Assembly (NCBI GenBank): GCA_008012175.1
Contig: SSEF01000011.1
Span: forward strand, 6,413 to 70,412
Source: Candidatus Moraniibacteriota bacterium
GTDB taxonomy: Bacteria > Patescibacteriota > Minisyncoccia > Moranbacterales > UBA1568
DNA length: 64,000 nt
Reading direction: 5' to 3'
In this document: positions 55,753-64,000 of the stretch, in pieces
Position numbering within the stretch: position 1 is the first letter of the stretch
Layout: each line of letters opens with the position of its first letter
Notes under the pieces: model-generated
Databases searched by the model: none
What the model was told of the DNA's origin: nothing
What the model saw: only the letters and a program-made list of their open reading frames with translations
Translations under genes and position numbers: made by a program

Positions 55753-56752
55753 ACGGTCGACGGAGCCGAAACCGGCCCCAAAAATCCGCCGCATCGACGA
55801 CAGGCCCGGGCACTCCCAAGTGGCCGATAGCTTGTTTGAACGGCTGGCTGGAACGGAGAGAACGGTCGCCGGGAGCGGAGAACAAGCTGCGGCCATAGCC
55901 AACGAGGAGCTTTTTCGAGCGTCGACGTGCTTCAAAAACGCCGTGTGCACCGTCACCACCAATCTAATCTTCAATCTCCGCCTATTTACGAATGTCTTTG
56001 GCGGCCAGTTCACAGGCAAGCTCCCGGCGAACCGGCTCGTCGTCAAGATTGGCGGCCACCGATACACCATAATCACGTACTCGTCGGGGAAAATCATCCT
56101 AACCAATTACTTTTTCCTCATCAACAACTCGGCCGTCTACAACCTCTTTGTCAACCTGCTCGAGCTCTTGTACGCCCTCGGGATCGCCAAGTTGCAACCC
56201 GGAACGGGGTATTGCGAAAAATGTAAAAATGACGACGACGAGGACGAGACCGGCGGCAGCTGCAGCCAATGCCAGCAGCGGAGGCAGATCGAAATGTTGT
56301 TCCTCATTGAGAACTGCATATTTTCCTTCCAAATCGCGCCCCACTTCTTCGACCGCCGCTTCGCCAACATTGTCCATGAGAGCGAGAGCACGCTCTCCAT
56401 GGTTTTGCGGAAGCCCCGAAACATGCGGGCCGAAGGCTTGAGCGCGTTCCACGACTACTTGAAGTCGGTCCTCGCCGCCGAGCACTACCAATTCACGTCG
56501 AGCGCTTCGTGCAAACACGACAACTTTCCCTCGGACCTGGTGAAATTCGCCATTCAGCGGACCGACCACGCCAAGCTGGCCAATTACAAGAGCCCGGCTT
56601 CGCGAAAGCGAAACAACAACAATTTTGTCATGCAAAGGCTCGCCATTCTCATCTTCCGCAACGGAAAAATGATCGTCACCGGCATGCAAACATGCGAAGA
56701 CCTCGAGACTACTTTTAAGATTTTGTTTGCTATTGTGAATTTTTTTTTCTAA
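55298..56752 (+). CDS. TBP-like (TATA-binding protein fold) protein with an N-terminal Gln-rich repeat. The 5' end is uncertain; an alternative ATG is at about 55328.
   Basis: The first repeat ...RLVVKIGGHRYTIITYSSGKIILTNYFF and the second repeat FVMQRLAILIFRNGKMIVTGMQTCEDLETTFKIL match the two TBP core repeats (LIFxSGKxVxTGAK). The polyQ (QQQQAQQRQPHAL)x5 is reminiscent of eukaryotic TBP N-termini. Confidence 0.55.
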   Translation: MWTLCSCWLSMRVKKCPVKNSLLTSLARLSASPIPDGSVRKRLPHPRPLPQPTLQQLQQAHQQHTLQQQQAQQRQPHALQQQQAQQRQPHALQQQQQRQPHALQQQQAQQRQPHALQQQQQRQPHALQQQTLWQDGQQQLQAERPRQKRPAERSTEPKPAPKIRRIDDRPGHSQVADSLFERLAGTERTVAGSGEQAAAIANEELFRASTCFKNAVCTVTTNLIFNLRLFTNVFGGQFTGKLPANRLVVKIGGHRYTIITYSSGKIILTNYFFLINNSAVYNLFVNLLELLYALGIAKLQPGTGYCEKCKNDDDEDETGGSCSQCQQRRQIEMLFLIENCIFSFQIAPHFFDRRFANIVHESESTLSMVLRKPRNMRAEGLSAFHDYLKSVLAAEHYQFTSSASCKHDNFPSDLVKFAIQRTDHAKLANYKSPASRKRNNNNFVMQRLAILIFRNGKMIVTGMQTCEDLETTFKILFAIVNFFF

Positions 56753-56836
56753 TAAATTGTTTGTCGAAAAGTACTAGTTTTTACCAGTTTATTCGCTAAC
56801 CAGCCCTCTAAAAAACGCATAGCCGACCCACGAAAG

Positions 56837-58870
56837 ATGGATCCCTGCCAACCACAACAACAGGCCATGGGGCTCGCGGAATCCGCTGAGCCGATGGCAC
56901 CTGCCCCGTCCGTAGAAGAGGAAGACATTCCTTTTAACGACAAGACGTTGGAAGAGGCCCTGCAGTACTTTGAAGACCACGAGCTGCTCCCCGAGGCGCC
57001 GCCGGTCGTGGCCGCCGGGACGAAGCCTCGCAATCTTCGCAATATCCGCACCCTGCTTATTGCCGCCGGCCGGGACAAGTGCTCCAAGTGCTCCGCCCAG
57101 TTCCTCGTGCTCCCGAAACGCCGCAAGGCCGCCGCCGCACCGGCCGCAAATCAGACGCCGCCGCCAAATGTGCTGGAGACGACACGTTATCACGACGAGC
57201 TCAAATGCTGGTACTGCGCCGCTTGCGGTGAGATTATCAACACGACCAAACAGACCTACTCGATTGCTCTGCCGCTCATGCCAAAAATTGCGTTCCTGTT
57301 TGACGTTCACAAACAGCTCTCCAACGAAAACCGCCTTTCGAGATGGCGCGACGTGGTGACCGCGCTCATTAGCAAAGATCCCAATTTTCCGCGGCGCATT
57401 GCCTCGTCCGAGGACGACAAGGCGGCCATTAATTTTGAAGTTTTGCTGCGCCCCTGCGACCCCTGTTCGCCTGAGTACGGCGAGCAGCTCGCGCTGTGCA
57501 CGTGCCTCGACAATATCCTAAAGGCGACCAAAATCGCGGCCGGCCCCGACGCCAAAGACGACGAGGACGAGGACGAGGACGAGGATGAGGAACCGTTCAG
57601 CCTAACCATCACCACAGCCGCTATCGAAAAGATCAAGATCCTCAAGCAACACGATTTCTTTCGTTTCGTGCAAGAGTGGCGTAAAACACACGCCGTTAAA
57701 TTGCCGCAGTTTGTCGAGGACAATATTCGCAAGAGCAAGGAGTTTTTGCCGCGCATTGTTGCCATTGTGACGGAGCAGCACAATCGCATGCGCGAGCTCG
57801 CCGCCAAGAGCCTGATTGACGAGAAGCGCCTCTTATTCAGACGCATCGACGGTCATTACAATGGCAAGCCCGGGAACTGCGCCAAGAAGGGGGTCACCCA
57901 TATTTGGCGGCGCCTGCGGCTCGTCGAGCAGTTTAGCAGACTGCATGTTGACTTGTACAGTGAGCCGAGCACGCTCGATTTCGACTACAACGAGGGCCAG
58001 ACCTTGGAGGCCATGAGCAAGAGCATGAAACATTACACAAGTCTTACGACGTTCGAAAAGAACAAGCTCTTGGCCCAATTGTCGAAGGACACCGCCGAAC
58101 AAAACTGCCACCTCGACCGCTATTTCCAACTCTACATGCTTCGCAAAGAAATCTCCTTCCGCCACCCGGTCATACGGTTCGTGGACGGCTCGTACCAGAA
58201 GCTCGTAAACATTAGTCAGATCGCGGCCGAGCAACTGGTCAACTGCTCGTCTATTGAGCCGGCCACCCGGCCTTGCAGAAAGCAGTTGATGAGTTATTTT
58301 TGTACGACGCACCTTCAGCCGGCCGAGAAGATTAGAGAGATTACGCAGTCGAAAAAGCTAAACAACATGGGCTCGGCCGTGTGGCTGCCAAGTGTGTACG
58401 CGGCCTCCAACTCGAGCCAGTACGACTATTTGTTTATGAGCAAGGAGCAAAAACAGAAGCAGCAACAGAAACAACAAAAGCAGCAACAAAAGCAGCAACA
58501 AAAGCAGCAACAAAAGCAGCAAATCAAGAAGGCTACGGCGACGGGCAAGAAACAACAGCTCAAGGACGTGGACGAGCGAGTGGCCCGTTTAAAGAAGGCG
58601 CGCGCCTCCGTCAAAAAGGCCATCAAAGAAGCAGGCAAAGCAAAGAGTGCTGTGAAGCCGACGACAGAGGCCGCCTCGAAGCCGAAAAACAAGGCTCAGG
58701 CGGCCGCTGCGGAGAAACCAAAGGCCCCGGCGAAGCCTCGAGTCTCTGCCAAAGAAACTGCGGTCACAAAAGAAACTGTGGCCGCCGCGAAAATGAAGGC
58801 AGCAGTGAAAGAAGCCGCCGCGAAAGTGAAGGCGGCGAGGCCGGCAGTGAAACGCCTCCAAACACGCTAA
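56837..58870 (+). CDS. Zinc-ribbon/coiled-coil protein with a C-terminal histone H1-like Lys/Ala-rich tail.
   Basis: CSKCSAQF...CWYCAACGEI is a C4 cluster. It has an acidic DDEDEDEDEDEE tract, a (KQQQ)n tract, and the tail KAKSAVKPTTEAASKPKNKAQAAAAEKPKAPAKPRVSAKE...KAAVKEAAAKVKAARPAVKR. Confidence 0.45.
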   Translation: MDPCQPQQQAMGLAESAEPMAPAPSVEEEDIPFNDKTLEEALQYFEDHELLPEAPPVVAAGTKPRNLRNIRTLLIAAGRDKCSKCSAQFLVLPKRRKAAAAPAANQTPPPNVLETTRYHDELKCWYCAACGEIINTTKQTYSIALPLMPKIAFLFDVHKQLSNENRLSRWRDVVTALISKDPNFPRRIASSEDDKAAINFEVLLRPCDPCSPEYGEQLALCTCLDNILKATKIAAGPDAKDDEDEDEDEDEEPFSLTITTAAIEKIKILKQHDFFRFVQEWRKTHAVKLPQFVEDNIRKSKEFLPRIVAIVTEQHNRMRELAAKSLIDEKRLLFRRIDGHYNGKPGNCAKKGVTHIWRRLRLVEQFSRLHVDLYSEPSTLDFDYNEGQTLEAMSKSMKHYTSLTTFEKNKLLAQLSKDTAEQNCHLDRYFQLYMLRKEISFRHPVIRFVDGSYQKLVNISQIAAEQLVNCSSIEPATRPCRKQLMSYFCTTHLQPAEKIREITQSKKLNNMGSAVWLPSVYAASNSSQYDYLFMSKEQKQKQQQKQQKQQQKQQQKQQQKQQIKKATATGKKQQLKDVDERVARLKKARASVKKAIKEAGKAKSAVKPTTEAASKPKNKAQAAAAEKPKAPAKPRVSAKETAVTKETVAAAKMKAAVKEAAAKVKAARPAVKRLQTR

Positions 58871-58949
58871 ATCGGCGCTTGCTCGCGTCTCTATTTTTTT
58901 GAATAAAATAAATTTTTTTAATATACACTTGCCAATGCACACAAATACT

Positions 58950-59306
58950 ATGGTTTCATGTTGTCGTAGTTTCATTAAGGACCAGCCGCCCGCGGCAAAA
59001 AAGGGCAGTGGTCCGTCCAGAAAGGGCAAGACGTGTCCGTCCAAAAAGGGCAAAGCCTGCCCATCCAAAAAAGGCAAGGCATGTCCCTCTAGAAAAGGCA
59101 AGGCCTGTCCCTCTAGAAAGGGTGAGCCGTCCAATAAAGAGCGACCCAAAAAGAAGAGACTCTCGACGGGGTCGCGCCGAGCTCTCGATAGCGTTCGCAA
59201 GGCTTTCCCAAAGATCGGCGCTAATAAGCGCGCCAAATCGAGGCCGGAGCCGGAGCAAGGATTGAAGCACACTTTGAAGAATTTGTCTACAAATTATCCG
59301 TTCTGA
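58950..59306 (+). CDS. Protamine-like basic repeat protein.
   Basis: MVSCCRSF... with (SKKGKACP)x4. The motif GGCGCGCGCACACATC lies upstream of the next gene. Confidence 0.4.
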   Translation: MVSCCRSFIKDQPPAAKKGSGPSRKGKTCPSKKGKACPSKKGKACPSRKGKACPSRKGEPSNKERPKKKRLSTGSRRALDSVRKAFPKIGANKRAKSRPEPEQGLKHTLKNLSTNYPF

Positions 59307-59332
59307 GAGCGGCGGCGCGCGCACACATCATC

Positions 59333-59803
59333 ATGTTTACGTTCGACGACAAGTTCATTTACACTTGGGAACTGAGGGACGGGCAGCTGCTCCGCCCCCT
59401 CCGGCTCACAATCTTTGAGCTGACGGGCCAAATCATCTCGAGACCTCTGCGAAATTTTCACTTTTTCAACCACAGCGCAATCATTTTGGGCTATGACGCC
59501 ACCTCCTATCTCGAACCCGTCTACGTATGCTACAAAACACTGGCCGGCTACGAGATCGCCAAATGGCCCGGCTCCGGGAGCGACATTAAAATGACAATCG
59601 ATCCGCGTATTTCGCGGGGCCGCTGCCTGGCCCGGCTCGAGCAATTTTTCAATTCGCGGCGGCACCGCTACAACTTGCCGGCGTACAATTTGACAATAAG
59701 CAATTGCCAAAATTTTAGCCACGCCATGGTATACGGAGGCGACATCCACCTGGCCCTGACAGCGGCCGCCTTTATATTTCTCATTGCCTTTTTTACGAGT
59801 TAA
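59333..59803 (+). CDS. PPPDE/DeSI-type permuted papain-fold peptidase-like protein with a C-terminal TM segment.
   Basis: NHSAIILGYD (His) and NLTISNCQNFSHAMVYG (Cys) resemble the PPPDE H...NCNHF signature. AATAAA is at the stop. Confidence 0.4.
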   Translation: MFTFDDKFIYTWELRDGQLLRPLRLTIFELTGQIISRPLRNFHFFNHSAIILGYDATSYLEPVYVCYKTLAGYEIAKWPGSGSDIKMTIDPRISRGRCLARLEQFFNSRRHRYNLPAYNLTISNCQNFSHAMVYGGDIHLALTAAAFIFLIAFFTS

Positions 59804-59833
59804 TAAAAAATTTTTTGTGTAAAAATGCTTTTT

Positions 59834-62502
59834 TTATTCGGTCGGGAAAAGGTTTAGTTTGCGCAGCCGGTCAGCCACAAGAGTGGCGGGCTGGTTGAAA
59901 ATTGCTCGCAGGGCCTTTAGGAGGAAGGCCTGGTCGACGTGGATCTGCAAACTGGATCGGCATCGCGACAAAACCACGTACAAAGTCCGTAGTATGTTGT
60001 TCTTGAGGACTGTGTCCCCGAGCAAATACATCTTTTCGTTGGTGAGCGTGGCTCCTTGAACACAAAAAACTGTTTGCGCGTAGTTGCTCGTCCAGTTGAA
60101 GCACATGTACATGACTTGGCGGCGACCCATGAGCGGCGAATGGTAGGCACAAGGCGCGTGCGAGGACGAAGTCGGTTCGTTGCGCCGGGCGAGATCGCAT
60201 TGCTCGCAAAGGTAGCGAACGACCGGCCGGCACGATGCGAATTGCCGCGTCTCCAGGTCATAAAACACCATGTGCAATGAGCGCGCCATCGACTGCATAT
60301 CGGGAGCGAGGCGCTGCGTCACCTTCATGATTGTGAGTTCGTCCAGCGCTAGTTTATGTTGGGCGGCTGTGGCGGATAGTTTGGCCACGAGCATGGTTTC
60401 AAAAACAGGCCGGGCCTCGGCGTCCAGCTCGGCGTCGGCAAAAAAGAAGCCGATAAAGACGCCGACCTGGCCATTGTAGTTGCCTTGCTGGGAGTTGTTT
60501 TCGCGACAGCGGATAAACATCCCCGGGAAGAAGGTGTTTCGGCTGTTCATCAAGTTGGCCGGCACGTTGTTTTGGATCGAGGCCACTTGCTTCTGGTCCG
60601 CGTCCGAGGCGAACATGAGCACGTTCCTGAGAGAGACGGGCAGGGCTCGGGCCCGCGAGGCGAGCCAGCAGTTTTGCGAAGCCGACGAGCGGTTAATGAG
60701 GCCCTTGCCGTCAATGTGGTCAAAGACGGTGAAGTTGAAGCTGTTCTCGTAGCCAATGACGATGGGTATCTGGAACGAAAAGAAGCGCTCGCGTAGACTC
60801 GCGCTCGCGCTCTTGAGGACGGCCGGCATGTCGTCGAGGGCGGCGGCCAGGTGCTCGTAAAAATCGAGCTCGGAGCGAAGCCAGGCCACCAGCGAGTTGG
60901 CCTGGCGCTGCGCCTCCACGAGCGATTCGAGAACTTTGTCCAGAGTCAGTTCGCGCTCCACATTGATGCTCCGATTGATCTTCTCGACCCACATGTGCAG
61001 CCACTTGTTCTCGAGTTTCGACGACGCGGCTTGGCTCGTCTCGCGCTTCGTCCGCGTTTGCCGGGCAATCACTTGCCTCAGCTGGAGGAGCAACTGTCGC
61101 AAACGACTGTTGCGCTCGGCCTCTCCTTCCTCACAGCCGTCTTTTCCGTCTCTTTCATCTTTTCCGTCTTTTCCGTCTTCTTCGTCCTCTTCGTCCTCCC
61201 CAGCCTCTTGTTTCTGGCCCCGCCCATGGCCCCGCGCCGCCACTCCCTGTTTGTTTGCAAATCGAACAATTCTAATGTTGGGTCCGTTCTCGCACTTGTA
61301 GGCGCACGGATATTTGTGAAAGAGCTCGCCGCTGTCGACGTCCCAGTTTATGAGTCCGCCCATCACAGGCGGCAACTGGCACGAGTCTCCAATCAGGATG
61401 CAGAATTTTTCGCGCAAAGCGTCGAGCACGGGGAAGAGCAGCTCTTGGTTGTACATGGACATTTCGTCAAAAACAAAGACTCGTCCCAGGTTGATGCGGT
61501 TCGTAATGTCTAAAAAGAGAGAGAGAGAGAGAGAGCACATGAAAGCACATGAAAAAAGAGAGAGAGCACATGAGCAAAAAGGATGGTTTTACATGGTTTG
61601 GCGAGGCCGGCCCTGATCGCGGCGGCGTATTGGCGTGGGTCGCAGCCGGGTTTCCGGATCGGCAGACCCATTTGTGAATGCAAAACCCGGGCAAAAGAAT
61701 AGGCATTGCGCGTCTTTGCGGTCGGGGTGGTGATGAGCACCCGCTCAAAGTGCTCGTCCTTGTACTGCCGTCGGTAGTACTCGCTAAAGAGCGGGCAGAG
61801 CCGCTCAATCTCAAAGGACTTGCCGACGCCTGGCGGCAGGTCAATCACCAACCAGCAGTCCGGCGACTTGACGTACTCGAATTTGACAAAGAAGAGGAAC
61901 ATGGCGAGAACGCCCACTTCAATCATTGAGCTCACTTGCACAAGTTTTTCATGTGGCGCCTCGGCCATAGCCTGCAGGAGCAGCATGTCGTCCTCGCTCC
62001 GCGGACAGCACATGCGGCAGAGCGCTTCCAAGAACTGGCGTTTGGCGGCCTCCGAAACGAGACCGCTGAGGTAATTATCGAGCCATTGGAATCCAGTTTT
62101 GTGTGTGGTCGGATCGAAAGGAATATTATAGTCGGGGATGGGCGCCCCGTCCAAATCGAGGACGGAGTAGCTGTCCGCTGCCAAAGCGTCCTCGCTCTCG
62201 TCCTCGGAGAGGTCGTCTACAAAAGTGAGGTTCTCTAGTCGACGAGGTTTCTTGATCGTAACCGCATCACCTGGTTGCTTAGACGCTGCGCGTTTATGGA
62301 TTCGTTGTCCCACGTCACCTTCTTTTTCTTCCGCGGGACCGTCGCCGCCTCTAGCGCCCTTCGCTTTTCGCCATCCACCAACCGCTCCTCTTTCTTTGTC
62401 GACGCCACCGACGTCATTGGCTCCTCTTTCTTTGTCGACGCCACCGACGTCATTGGCTCCTCTTTCTTTGGTGGCGCCGTCGCAGCTTTGACTCGTATAC
62501 AT
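59834..62502 (-). CDS. PIF1/RecD-like superfamily 1 helicase, 2 exons (62502..61593, 61509..59834). The true 5' end is uncertain.
   Basis: Walker A is LPPGVGKSF. Walker B is FVFDEMSM. The signature LIGDSCQLPPV is Pif1/UL5-like. The C-terminal TLYVVLSRCR resembles helicase motif VI. The intron is 83 nt, T|GTAAAAC...(TC)n...CTTTTTAG. Confidence 0.7.
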
Positions 62503-62999
62503 TCTTCGTCGGCAACAGAGGAGCGGGCCAAACGAGGGTTGGAGACTTGCTTGTAAAAGTCGAGGATGCGGCTAAAAAACACTTTCAATTCGAGCGGGTC
62601 GATGCGGCTTATGGTCGAATAGAAGCAAACAATTTTCTCGTTGTACGTCGATTGACTCGCAATCATTATCCAATTTGGCTGCAAGTAAAAAATATTTATA
62701 GCGTTCTGAAGCTGCTGCGACGCGTCGTCGTCGTTGTCGTCTATGGTGTCTTGAAGGAGGCCGCGAACATAGGCCGCGTCGAGAGCGAGGCCTTCGTCGT
62801 CGGCAACAACAAACTCCATCAAGTACAAATTCAGCAACTCGATGATCACGAACGAGTTCGTAAGCTTGGGGTTGCTCGTAAACTCCTCCGAGACGTTTTT
62901 CGCCGCAAGCAGCTCCTCTAGGAGTTTGTTGTAGTTGTCGATTAGCAGGTTGGCCTGCAGCGGCGCAAACAAGTCTTGTTTGTTGGCTGACATGGGCAA
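62235..62999 (-). CDS. Hypothetical protein. It overlaps the helicase 5' region in another frame and may be the true helicase N-terminus via an unresolved splice or frameshift.
   Basis: 254-aa ORF with a non-repetitive N-terminus. Its KKEEPMTSVAS x2 and the helicase-frame KERGANDVGGVD x2 are the same 36-nt tandem repeat (62398-62470) read in two frames. Confidence 0.35.
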   Translation of the reverse strand: MPMSANKQDLFAPLQANLLIDNYNKLLEELLAAKNVSEEFTSNPKLTNSFVIIELLNLYLMEFVVADDEGLALDAAYVRGLLQDTIDDNDDDASQQLQNAINIFYLQPNWIMIASQSTYNEKIVCFYSTISRIDPLELKVFFSRILDFYKQVSNPRLARSSVADEECIRVKAATAPPKKEEPMTSVASTKKEEPMTSVASTKKEERLVDGEKRRALEAATVPRKKKKVTWDNESINAQRLSNQVMRLRSRNLVD

Positions 63000-63095
63000 T
63001 AATGAGAGAGAGAGAGCAATGAGAGAGAGAGAGAGAGAGACAAAGAGACAAGTTTCGTAAAAGGGAGTTTATTCATAAAAAAAAGCACGCGTGCT

Positions 63096-63764
63096 CTATG
63101 ATTTAGTTAGATTTCGCAAAACTTCGGTCGCCATTGATTCGATGGCCTTCTGGTTAATGAGGTTGAGAGGGCTTTCCCCGCCACAGCCGCGAATGATGTT
63201 TCGTTTGCGGCGCTGGTGGATTGGCGGCTTTGCAAAATGAGGCTGCCTGTCCGAGACCGAGTCCTCAAGGACAATGTGCTCGCCCTGCCCAATATCCGGG
63301 CCCTCGGACGGCGCTTCGGATCGCGCTTGCTCGGGCCCTCTCGTCTCGGGCCCTCTCGTCTCGGGTCCTGTCGGCTCGGTCCGGGGCGTCTCGGGCTCTT
63401 TGATGTTGTTAATCTCCGGACCAGAGACCGATGCTAGCAGATCGTGTAAGAGTTCGTTATTGGCAGGACTCGGCCACTCCTTTTCCTTCGTTCCGCCGGC
63501 CATAGAGCCCATGATGCGGCCGAGGAATCCGCCCTCCGGATGGTCCGCTGGAGGAGCGGCAAATCTCTGGAGGAGCGAATTGAACCGTTGGACCGCTCGG
63601 CGGTTTTTTACATAATAAAACAAGAGGAGGCCAATGACGAGGATTTTAAGCAACTCGCCAAAGCAGCACGCAGCTAGCGAACACCGCCACAAAAGTTTGT
63701 CGTGGGTCCCTCCTTGTTCCTGGGCCGCCAATGGCAGAGACGTTGTCATCGTTGAAGAATCCAT
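63096..63764 (-). CDS. Membrane protein with PETRG repeats.
   Basis: 222-aa ORF. It has the hydrophobic ILVIGLLLFYYV and the repeat (GPETR)x3. Confidence 0.4.
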   Translation of the reverse strand: MDSSTMTTSLPLAAQEQGGTHDKLLWRCSLAACCFGELLKILVIGLLLFYYVKNRRAVQRFNSLLQRFAAPPADHPEGGFLGRIMGSMAGGTKEKEWPSPANNELLHDLLASVSGPEINNIKEPETPRTEPTGPETRGPETRGPEQARSEAPSEGPDIGQGEHIVLEDSVSDRQPHFAKPPIHQRRKRNIIRGCGGESPLNLINQKAIESMATEVLRNLTKS

Positions 63765-64000
63765 TTAGATTGCTCGTGGTTTGTTCCGATTATGAGAGAA
63801 CCAGTCTTTGCTTGCCGGGCGTAAGTCTCGATAAACTAAACTTATACCAATTTACACAAAACGCAACCGATTCGCCTCTTGCTCTGCGAATACTCGAGAA
63901 CCCGTCTAAAAGTGACATTTTCGACGCGTTCTCGTCCTTTCAGCCGAGCGTCGTTTGGATGTGCGGCCACGGCATGCTCAATGGCCAGGGCGAAAACGTT

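Noticed and set aside
62221-62285. 20-nt GTGATG...CAAG segment that would join ORF 62235..62999 to the helicase frame.
   Set aside because: It is far too short for a spliceosomal intron. The frame conflict is left unresolved (see finding).

Overview
GC-rich (about 55-60%), gene-dense window with about 45 protein-coding genes on both strands. It looks like part of a large eukaryotic dsDNA virus or an integrated virus-like element, not ordinary cellular DNA. No rRNA, tRNA, CRISPR array, integrase or transposase is recognisable. The replication and packaging genes recall nucleocytoplasmic large DNA viruses (NCLDV). They include a family-B DNA polymerase, a PCNA sliding clamp, an FEN1/XPG-like nuclease, a PIF1/RecD-like helicase, an A22/RuvC-like Holliday-junction resolvase and an A32/FtsK-like packaging ATPase. 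Other recognisable genes are a TBP-like factor, a bZIP factor, a Ser/Thr kinase, AlkB, a nucleoside 2-deoxyribosyltransferase-like enzyme, and small protamine/H1-like basic proteins. There is also a cluster of attachment-fibre-like genes carrying phage tail-fibre repeat, LamG/ConA-like, RCC1-like and phage tail-collar domains. Gene expression looks nuclear and Pol II-like. Many genes have TATA boxes and an AATAAA signal at the stop codon, and no viral RNA polymerase is seen. Many genes, including core replication genes, are interrupted by short (38-105 nt) GT-AG introns rich in (TC)n microsatellites. Because of this the six-frame ORF track splits several genes; I reassembled multi-exon models by reading frames across candidate splice sites. 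The family-B polymerase lacks any recognisable 3'-5' exonuclease domain. It is divergently paired with the FEN1-like nuclease around a shared palindromic TATA element. Gene order, splice junctions and most functional calls are inferred from sequence reading only. Junction coordinates may be off by a base or two. No capsid, terminase or RNA polymerase gene was recognised in this window.
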